NCBI GenBank assembly: GCA_041736305.1
Contig: JBGSTX010000374.1
Span: 1 to 14,988, forward strand
Source of the DNA: Oligoflexus sp.
GTDB taxonomy: Bacteria > Bdellovibrionota_B > Oligoflexia > Oligoflexales > Oligoflexaceae
DNA: 14,988 nucleotides
Reading direction: 5' to 3'
Within the stretch, counting starts at the first letter, position 1; each line of letters starts with the position of its first letter. The notes under the pieces were generated by a model that saw nothing but the letters and a program-made list of their open reading frames with translations, ran no database searches and was not told where the DNA came from. Below, piece by piece: positions 7,837 through 14,988 of the stretch. The translations under genes and the position numbers were made by a program.

Positions 7837-8568
7837 TGCGATCGCCTTACGGCAGCGGGCATTGTAGCGTGTGCTAAGCGCTCTCGACTCCAGTTTCTTG
7901 GACTGCTTCAACTCGTGGACGAGCTCGGTCGTGCGATTCAGTAACTTGACCCGCTTGTACTCAATGTCGCCCTCTTCACGCGCAATGTAGTTGTACATAA
8001 CGCCGCAAGCGGACGCGATGTCGGTCGTCAGAAAAGCAGGAAGTTCTTGGAAACTCTTGACCAGACGACTCTTATCAAATTCTGCGGTACGACCCGAAAA
8101 GTCGAAATACGCCGAACCTGCCTTCGTTTCTGTCGTGTACTGCCCGGCAGGCAAGTTCTTGTCGATCCAGGCGGAAAGACGTAGAGGACTCTTTTCAAAG
8201 GCAGGATCCAATACCCAAGGCTCGTTGTTATCCACCTTCAAAAGTGGCGCGACGTGGTAGCTCCAAGCCGTCCCAGGCACAGGACGCAATGAACCATAAA
8301 TGTACTGGGCAGAACTGGGAATTTTCTCAGAAGCCAACTCCATCGACATGTAAAGTTCACGAGCGTAGCAGCCATCTTTAATGTAATTGAAAGGCAGGTA
8401 GTCGATATCATAGACGATATCGAAGGCCTTCCCCGCTTGGCTTGCAGATACGTAGGCACTGATATCACTTGGACTCTCCTCGGAGCTACCGCCGCCACAA
8501 GCAGCGATCGTACTCAGAAGAAAAGGAGCTAAGAATCTCGCCTCGGAAAATCGTTTGAGGGTAAGCAT
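7822..8568 (-). CDS. Protein-glutamine glutaminase-like lipoprotein
   Basis: Lipobox IAAC24. Catalytic triad motifs DGC67YAR, WSYH105VAP and VLD121P, as in Chryseobacterium protein glutaminase. Confidence 0.8.
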   Translation of the reverse strand: MLTLKRFSEARFLAPFLLSTIAACGGGSSEESPSDISAYVSASQAGKAFDIVYDIDYLPFNYIKDGCYARELYMSMELASEKIPSSAQYIYGSLRPVPGTAWSYHVAPLLKVDNNEPWVLDPAFEKSPLRLSAWIDKNLPAGQYTTETKAGSAYFDFSGRTAEFDKSRLVKSFQELPAFLTTDIASACGVMYNYIAREEGDIEYKRVKLLNRTTELVHELKQSKKLESRALSTRYNARCRKAIASGAL

Positions 8569-8845
8569 GTATCGACCTTTCTTGCTGGCACCCGATAATT
8601 TTCAGATAAGGTAAAAACCTGCCTCTCGCTTTGATAGCTTATCTTTGCAGCGGCTTCTAATAATTTCCTTACCGAAGAAAGAGTTTCGACCCGGGCAGCG
8701 TCGATCCAGCCGGATTCAGGGGAATACTAACAGTCCCCTTTGTAAAACTATAGTAAAATCAGGCCACAAGGTATAGGAAAGACTGCGGAACTTCCCTATG
8801 ATAGCCGATAAGAAGTGAGAGTGTTCCACTCGAGGAGGTAAATCG

Positions 8846-9766
8846 ATGAGCATGCAGGCAACGGCTGAATCTATGATGGAAGTCCAAATCGCTGAGAAAG
8901 AAAAGGATAAAGACCGTATCAATCCCACCGGAGCGGTTCCCTTCGTCCTGGTACATATCGCCGGCCTTGCAGCCTTTTTCTTCGAATTCAATATGACGAT
9001 GTTTTGGCTTTGCCTCTTCAGCTATTACATTCGTATGGTTGGCGTTACTGCGGGCTATCACCGCTACTTTTCGCATAGAACTTTCAAGACTTCTCGCGCC
9101 TTCCAATTTATCTTAGCTTTCCTGGCCCAGACTTCTGCACAAAAAGGAGCTCTTTGGTGGGCAGCCCATCATCGTCATCATCATAAGTATTCCGATACAG
9201 AAGCTGATCTGCATTCACCAAAACATAAAGGTTTTTGGTGGGCACAATTTGGTTGGGTGTTGAGCAAAAGCTCCAACGGGACTGATATGCGCTACATTCA
9301 AGATTTCGCTAAGTACCCCGAGCTGCGCTGGTTGAATAAATATTTTCTTGTTCCACCAACTCTCTATGCAGTTGCCATCTGGTTGATCTGGGGAACACCC
9401 GGTCTTTTCTGGGGCTTTTTCTTCTCAACTGTTTTGCTGTACCATGGAACTTTCTTTATTAATTCGCTGACGCACGTCTTTGGTAAAGTTCGTTATAAGT
9501 CGGGCGACGACAGCAAAAACAGCATGATTCTTGCACTGATTACCTGCGGTGAAGGTTGGCACAACAACCACCACCATTACCAAGCTACAGCTAATCAAGG
9601 TTGGTTCTGGTGGGAAATTGACCTTTCGTACTATGTGATCAAAGCACTTTCTTGGGTTGGAATAACTTGGGATCTGCGCTTGCCACCGCCTCACATAAAA
9701 GCCCGTACTATTGCCGCAGAAATGCAGCAGCAGAAGCAAGCGACTCAGAAGAGCAGTGCCGCCTGA
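8846..9766 (+). CDS. Membrane fatty acid (acyl-CoA, delta-9-type) desaturase
   Basis: His boxes HRYFSH, HHRHHH and GEGWHNNHH, plus INSLTH and TM segments. GAGGAGG RBS. Confidence 0.92.
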   Translation: MSMQATAESMMEVQIAEKEKDKDRINPTGAVPFVLVHIAGLAAFFFEFNMTMFWLCLFSYYIRMVGVTAGYHRYFSHRTFKTSRAFQFILAFLAQTSAQKGALWWAAHHRHHHKYSDTEADLHSPKHKGFWWAQFGWVLSKSSNGTDMRYIQDFAKYPELRWLNKYFLVPPTLYAVAIWLIWGTPGLFWGFFFSTVLLYHGTFFINSLTHVFGKVRYKSGDDSKNSMILALITCGEGWHNNHHHYQATANQGWFWWEIDLSYYVIKALSWVGITWDLRLPPPHIKARTIAAEMQQQKQATQKSSAA

Positions 9767-9801
9767 AATAAGCTCAAAAGATTCACCTGATTTATATTGA
9801 T

Positions 9802-9831
9802 CAGCCTGGGTAACCAGGCTGTTTTTTTTTT
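9802..9831 (+). terminator. Intrinsic terminator after the desaturase
   Basis: CAGCCTGG-GTAA-CCAGGCTG followed by T10. Confidence 0.9.
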
Positions 9832-9968
9832 GCCCGAGGTCGGCGGCTTAGGTTTATCGCAGCTTAAGCTTTCATGCTATCTTAGCAAATATTACTAAGT
9901 AACCAGCAGCAATGACATATTTAAACTAAATTTTGTGGGTATCCGTTGCGTCGCGAGGAGTAGATTTA

Positions 9969-12464
9969 ATGTTAGAATTTTTCGCCAATCTATTCTCCAG
10001 CAAGAATTTTATGCCACATGGTCACTGCTACCTATGGCGACCTGAAATACTCTGGCTTCATGTTATTTCGGACGCAATCATTGCTCTCGCCTATGCCTCT
10101 ATACCATTTGCTTTAGGCTATTTGGTCCGCAAGAGAAAAGATTTGGCCTTCAACTGGGTCTTCGTCATGTTTGGGCTCTTTATTTTGGCCTGTGGAGCGA
10201 CGCATCTGATCAGTATTTGGACCGTCTGGGAACCGATCTATCGCCTCGACGGTCTTATCAAAGCTGTTACAGCGATGGCTTCCATAGGTACCGCCGTAGC
10301 TTTATGGCCTTTAATACCCAAGGTCATCGTGATGCCCAGCTCTTCGCAGTTGGAAGAAGCAAATCGAGGTCTGCATTTGGAGATAGTCGAACGTAAACGG
10401 GCCGAAAAGCAGCTAGAAGCTCGGAATATTGCTCTGCGCGAGGCCGAGCGCCTGAAAAGCGATTTCATCGCTAATGTTTCCCATGAACTCCGCACACCTC
10501 TCACCTTGATCCTCTCGCCCCTAGAGAGTTTACTCAACCAGCATAGATTGAAGGGCGGACCTTCCCCGGCATGGAAAGAGTCTGACATTGAACTCCTCGG
10601 ACTGGCACACAACAACGCTATCAGGCTCTTGCAGATGATCAATGGGCTACTCGATTTTTCCAAGCTGGAAGCCAAGAAAACCGAAGTCAAGCGCGAAGCT
10701 ATCGACTTTCCCAAGCTGGTGGCGCGGATCAATGCGGATTTTGCTCCCGTGATGGAGGCTAAAGATATTGCTCTTGAGGCGGAGCTCGACCTTGAGGACC
10801 CGGTGCGTGAACTAGATGCCTATCTCTTCGAAAGAATACTTTTCAATCTGCTTTCCAATGCCGCAAAGTTCACCCCCGCCGGGGGTAAGGTACACGTTTC
10901 TCTCAGTCAAGCTGGAGATGAACGAATCATCATTAAGGTCAAAGACAGCGGAGTCGGAATCTCGGCCGACGATCGGCCGCATCTCTTTGAAAAGTTTCGC
11001 CAGCTCGAGGGTTCTTCAACACGGCGTTTCGAAGGTACAGGCCTCGGCCTGGCTCTGGTCAAGGAGTTCAGTGAACTACTCGGCGGCAGGGTCACAGTCG
11101 AAAGCCAGCCTGGTGAGGGGAGCACTTTCATTGTGAATCTCCTAGCTCCCGCAGCGGCGAGAGAAGCTTCCTCAGAGGTCATCTTAGGCCCTTCACGCTC
11201 ACAGATACTCTATCCCGTACCCGAGCATGCGTCTCAAGGGTTGAGCCACGATGCAGATTCATCCAAAGAGAATCTCCCACTAGTCCTCATTGCAGAAGAC
11301 AATGCTGATCTAGCTAGCTATATCGCAGCCACCTTGAGTGGCATCTGCCGCACGGCTATCGCCGCTGATGGAGTTGAAGCTCTCCAGTTGGCTAAGCATC
11401 TGCAGCCGCAACTGGTGATGAGCGATGTGATGATGCCCAACATGGACGGCTACAGTCTGTGTGTGGCCCTTAAGCAGAACGAAGCGACTCTTAGCACTCC
11501 CGTATTGATGCTGACGGCTTTAACGCATAGGGAAGCTTTGTTGAGGGGCTGGGAGGTAGGCGCCGACGAATATCTCTTCAAACCTTTCCACCCAACGGAG
11601 CTCCTGACCCGGGTTAAATCGCTGCTGAAAAGCATTGAGATTCGCGAAAAGGCCGAGGCGAGGCGCGAAGAGCTAGCTGCAGTCAACGCGCAAAAGGCTG
11701 CAGTAGAGGCCCATGTTGAGAAGCTGAGCGCCTCTGAGGCCGAACTCAAGCGTCTCAACCGCATCAAAGACGAGTTCCTGGCTACGGTATCGCACGAGCT
11801 CCGCACACCGATGGTAGCGATCCTCGGCTGGTCTGAATTGTTAGCCGCTAATGAGATAGAGCCTGAAGAGTTTAACGACGCCTTCGAAACGATCTATAGG
11901 AACGCTAAGTCTCAGGTTCGCATCATAGACGATCTCCTCGACATTTCACGCATGATGAATGGGCATTTCGTGATCGAATTGGAACCTGTGCAGATGAAGG
12001 AAGTGATCCGTGGCGCTATAGCAACCGTCCAAAACGCGGCAGCAGTGAAGAACATATCCCTCGTCCTCCAATTGGAGGACGTCGGTCCCGTCGCCGGCGA
12101 TGCCGATCGCCTGAAGCAGCTGATTTGGAACCTGCTCTCGAATGCCATCAAGTTCAGTCCCACGGGCAAGCAGGTTGAAGTTTTCTTGCGTGAAGACGCC
12201 GGGCAGGTGCACTTCATAGTAAAAGACCACGGCAAGGGTATCACCTCCGAGTTTTTACCCCATGTGTTCGAAAGATTTCTGCAAGAAGACCAGTCGTCCA
12301 CGCGACGTCAGGGCGGGCTCGGCCTTGGGCTTTCGATCGTAAAACATATCACCGAGCTTCACGGCGGTACCATCGAAGCTATCAGCGCCGGACGGGATCA
12401 AGGTTCAACTTTCATCTTGCACCTGCCTCTGCGGAAGCTGAGAAGCATCGAATCTAGGGCATAA
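9969..12464 (+). CDS. Hybrid sensor kinase: ETR1-like ethylene-binding domain - HisKA/HATPase - REC - HisKA/HATPase
   Basis: SDAIIALAYASIP and FILACGATHL in three TM helices; two SHELRTP H-boxes, each with N/G boxes; receiver AEDN...SDVMMP...KPF. GAGGAG RBS before ATG 9969 (the ORF track starts at 9933). Confidence 0.9.
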   Translation: MLEFFANLFSSKNFMPHGHCYLWRPEILWLHVISDAIIALAYASIPFALGYLVRKRKDLAFNWVFVMFGLFILACGATHLISIWTVWEPIYRLDGLIKAVTAMASIGTAVALWPLIPKVIVMPSSSQLEEANRGLHLEIVERKRAEKQLEARNIALREAERLKSDFIANVSHELRTPLTLILSPLESLLNQHRLKGGPSPAWKESDIELLGLAHNNAIRLLQMINGLLDFSKLEAKKTEVKREAIDFPKLVARINADFAPVMEAKDIALEAELDLEDPVRELDAYLFERILFNLLSNAAKFTPAGGKVHVSLSQAGDERIIIKVKDSGVGISADDRPHLFEKFRQLEGSSTRRFEGTGLGLALVKEFSELLGGRVTVESQPGEGSTFIVNLLAPAAAREASSEVILGPSRSQILYPVPEHASQGLSHDADSSKENLPLVLIAEDNADLASYIAATLSGICRTAIAADGVEALQLAKHLQPQLVMSDVMMPNMDGYSLCVALKQNEATLSTPVLMLTALTHREALLRGWEVGADEYLFKPFHPTELLTRVKSLLKSIEIREKAEARREELAAVNAQKAAVEAHVEKLSASEAELKRLNRIKDEFLATVSHELRTPMVAILGWSELLAANEIEPEEFNDAFETIYRNAKSQVRIIDDLLDISRMMNGHFVIELEPVQMKEVIRGAIATVQNAAAVKNISLVLQLEDVGPVAGDADRLKQLIWNLLSNAIKFSPTGKQVEVFLREDAGQVHFIVKDHGKGITSEFLPHVFERFLQEDQSSTRRQGGLGLGLSIVKHITELHGGTIEAISAGRDQGSTFILHLPLRKLRSIESRA

Positions 12465-13146
12465 GCCAGGCAAACATATAACTTGCCCCAGGATATCGAC
12501 TAAAGGGATAGTTCCCCTTATATTCGAACTCGGCTGGCTTCGCTGTGAGTAGGCATTTGAAATGGTCTCCTCGCAGGAGTTTTTCGAGCTTTCGGAAGCG
12601 CTTAACTATCGCCCTGTTGGTAACCTTTGCATAGCCACCTCGATAGCCCCTCGCCTTAAGATATGGGTACTGATGAAGTATCATCATCAAAAGGACGGGA
12701 GAGTTCTTCACCTTCCTTGCAACAGCAGCCAGACCACAATGGTAAATCTCCCCTCTTTGCCTGGGGACCCATTCACTAGGCAACTTAAGCTGGTCTAGAT
12801 AGCTTCCGATCGTTGCCAGTCCTTCGCTAAGCTCGCCATTAGGTTCATAGAGATCAAAGTGATCTTCGATAGTAACAACTCCGAGCAGCTGATTTTGGCG
12901 ATCCAGCGTCACAGCGCCTAGACCAGATTCAGCAACTTTTTCCACCAAGCCCCTGAAAAACGGCTGAATTTCGCCGAGGTTCATGCCGAGCTGTCGACAG
13001 AGAGGTTCACGTTCGCAAAACTCCTGGCTGAGGAGCGAAGCTGCAGCTTCAACATGCGGGGGGCCCAGTTGCTCAATGCGAAACGAGGGATGCCGCAAGC
13101 GAAAAAAAGCCTTAATAATGCCTGCCATGGCTCTTGTGTAGTTCAT
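12454..13146 (-). CDS. GNAT-fold protein, arylalkylamine N-acetyltransferase-like
   Basis: AASLLSQEFCEREPL resembles F..DEPL of insect AANAT/Dat; LLGVVTIED strand; GY...AKVTN motif. The CoA-binding loop is non-canonical. Confidence 0.55.
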   Translation of the reverse strand: MNYTRAMAGIIKAFFRLRHPSFRIEQLGPPHVEAAASLLSQEFCEREPLCRQLGMNLGEIQPFFRGLVEKVAESGLGAVTLDRQNQLLGVVTIEDHFDLYEPNGELSEGLATIGSYLDQLKLPSEWVPRQRGEIYHCGLAAVARKVKNSPVLLMMILHQYPYLKARGYRGGYAKVTNRAIVKRFRKLEKLLRGDHFKCLLTAKPAEFEYKGNYPFSRYPGASYMFAWLMP

Positions 13147-13161
13147 AGATCAGGCTTCTCC

Positions 13162-14343
13162 CTACAATGCTGCAATCTGCCGGGGTAGACGATAGAGCTG
13201 AACCATACGCCGCTCACTAAGCTTGTCAGGGGTCAGACGTGCGACGCAGTCCCTGATATAACTAGCCCATACGCTTCGTGGCTGAAACGCGACATTCATA
13301 CCGTTAGCCAGGTTCATCATCTGTTTGGCCCTCTTCAGACGCCACTCATCGATGGCCGCTTCATCCGCAGGCGAGGAAACTTCCATTCTTTCAGCTAGCC
13401 GCGCCACCAGCCAATGGGCATCTTCGAGAGCCAAAGACGCGCCCTGCCCCATATTCGGCGGCATTCCATGGGCGGCGTCGCCAATGAGAGTTACGACGCC
13501 TTTCGAATAGCTCTTGAGACCCCTGACAACCCCGAAATTGCTGCGATGCACGCTGCCTTCTACAATGAAATCGAGGAGGGTGAGAATATCGGGGTGAAAA
13601 TTCTGGTAGAGCTTTTTGAGTCTGCTGTGCAGATCTTCTGGCAAAGGAGCCCTATTGGGCGTGTACTCGCTGGCCCTCTCTATAGCGCTCCAGTAAGCTG
13701 TCTTCCCATCGAGCGAGGTCAGAACAAAACGTGATCCTTGACCCCAGATCTCTAGGGTTCTGCCCACAAAATTTGCGGCAAGAGGATGCCGGCTCTGGCC
13801 GAGATAGGTGCGGAGACCCTGATAGTGAACCTCGCTCTCTGGAAAAAGCTGGGTTCGGCTCAGAGAGCCGATGCCATCGGCTGCAATAACGCGCTTGGCA
13901 AGGATTTGCTGCTGATTCTTGAAGCGCACTATCGCGTGATCAAACCTGAGCTCGAAAGCCTCCAGTTCTTGGCCGAAATGAATTTTTCCACCCTGCGCTT
14001 GAAACCTCTTCATCAAAATCTGATAAAGTTCACGGCGACGAATCGCCAGAATCGGCTGTCCGAGCCGACTGACCAAGCCCTTTGCTTTCAGCTGCATCAG
14101 AGGCTTGAGGTCGCGGGCAGCGAAAATCATACTCTCCTGGGCCTTGCCGGCGCTCTGGACTTCACTCAGGCAGCCGAGGCGCTCTATCAAGGTGAGTCCG
14201 TTCGGAGCCAGCCAGAGCAGGTTATCCTCACAGGCTAAATTCGCGCCCTTTTCGTAGATGGGAAAGTCCAGGCCACGAGTCTGAGCAAAGAGCCCGGCGC
14301 CTAGACCAGCGATGCCTCCTCCTATGATAACAGCGTCCTTCAT
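13162..14343 (-). CDS. FAD-dependent monooxygenase (class A aromatic hydroxylase type)
   Basis: GGGIAG, AADGIGS and LIGDAAHGMPPNMGQGA fingerprints; single Rossmann motif. Confidence 0.9.
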   Translation of the reverse strand: MKDAVIIGGGIAGLGAGLFAQTRGLDFPIYEKGANLACEDNLLWLAPNGLTLIERLGCLSEVQSAGKAQESMIFAARDLKPLMQLKAKGLVSRLGQPILAIRRRELYQILMKRFQAQGGKIHFGQELEAFELRFDHAIVRFKNQQQILAKRVIAADGIGSLSRTQLFPESEVHYQGLRTYLGQSRHPLAANFVGRTLEIWGQGSRFVLTSLDGKTAYWSAIERASEYTPNRAPLPEDLHSRLKKLYQNFHPDILTLLDFIVEGSVHRSNFGVVRGLKSYSKGVVTLIGDAAHGMPPNMGQGASLALEDAHWLVARLAERMEVSSPADEAAIDEWRLKRAKQMMNLANGMNVAFQPRSVWASYIRDCVARLTPDKLSERRMVQLYRLPRQIAAL

Positions 14344-14988
14344 ACTGCAGTCTCCGACGCAATGAGATCAATCAACTGGTCGATCATGCTGAGATGGGTT
14401 CGGAATGACAGAATCGCAATGCGAATGATAAAGACATCGTCAATCTGCGTCGAACTTAGAAAAGTCAGCCCGTGCGCATTGAGCCTCTGCAGAAGCTGGC
14501 GAGTCAGGGTGTTTGCACTTTCTTTTGAAGCATCGCTACCCACCTGAAAACCCAAGATAGAAAGATCCGAGGCTGCGAACATGCGGATAGTACCCAGTTT
14601 CTCCAAACGAGCGCGGCAGTATCGAGCCAGCTCAAGTTTCTCCTGCAGTGCGCTCTTAAAGAGGGCTTCGCCATGTAGTTTCAAACTTAACCAGATGCGC
14701 AGCGAGCGAAAAGGGCGAGTTAACTCAAGAGAATAGTCCATAGGGGACTTCTGCCCAGATCCACTGCGATCCTGGAGATAGCTGGCTGTTCCGGCTAAAG
14801 CTTCCCGTAGGAGTTCCCCATTTTTAAAGAGAACTGCACCGCAGCCATAAGGCAGGAACATACCCTTGTGCGGATCGAGCACCAGCGAATCCGCTTTCTC
14901 GATCCCTCTTAAGATTTCCTTGCCTTCGTCGGTCAGTACAAAAAATCCACCACAAGCCGCATCCACATGAAACCAGAGTCCATACGAT
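14340..14988 (-). CDS. Group II PLP-dependent decarboxylase, aromatic-L-amino-acid decarboxylase-like (5' end outside the window)
   Basis: Frame open to the window edge: WFHVDAACGG, DSLVLDPHK (PLP lysine), ASYL loop, ELTRPFRSLRIW. Confidence 0.88.
   Translation of the reverse strand, partial: SYGLWFHVDAACGGFFVLTDEGKEILRGIEKADSLVLDPHKGMFLPYGCGAVLFKNGELLREALAGTASYLQDRSGSGQKSPMDYSLELTRPFRSLRIWLSLKLHGEALFKSALQEKLELARYCRARLEKLGTIRMFAASDLSILGFQVGSDASKESANTLTRQLLQRLNAHGLTFLSSTQIDDVFIIRIAILSFRTHLSMIDQLIDLIASETAV

Noticed and set aside
8814-8830. AGTG-N9-CACT before the desaturase RBS as a DesT/FabR-like operator
   Set aside because: Only 4-bp arms and imperfect spacing; not distinguishable from chance.
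10238-14547. Numerous antisense or alternate-frame ORFs within the kinase, GNAT, monooxygenase and decarboxylase genes
   Set aside because: Shadow ORFs of well-supported genes, with no motifs of their own.
12454-14988. DesABC-type hydroxamate siderophore cluster
   Set aside because: The monooxygenase has class A DG/GD fingerprints rather than class B N-hydroxylase features, and no NIS synthetase or receptor is in the window.

Overview
The window has two parts. Positions 1-~6330 are a compact, all-minus-strand phage-like element. Read from its right edge, it contains a 19-bp tRNA-Leu-like 3' fragment (candidate att site), a lambda-O-like replication initiator with four internal palindromic iterons, a winged-helix protein and several small ORFs. 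It ends with a 2-TM holin-like ORF, terminase small and large subunits, and the start of a probable portal gene. No integrase, repressor or endolysin is recognisable in this part. Positions ~6540-14988 look like host chromosome: a CCA-adding enzyme, a protein-glutaminase-like lipoprotein, a delta-9-type fatty acid desaturase, and a double histidine kinase with a plant ETR1-like ethylene-binding domain. Convergent on the kinase is a coupled operon of PLP amino-acid decarboxylase, class A flavin monooxygenase and AANAT-like GNAT, which could make hydroxylated, N-acylated aromatic amines (N-acetylserotonin/dopamine-like logic). All calls come from reading motifs by eye; no database searches were run.
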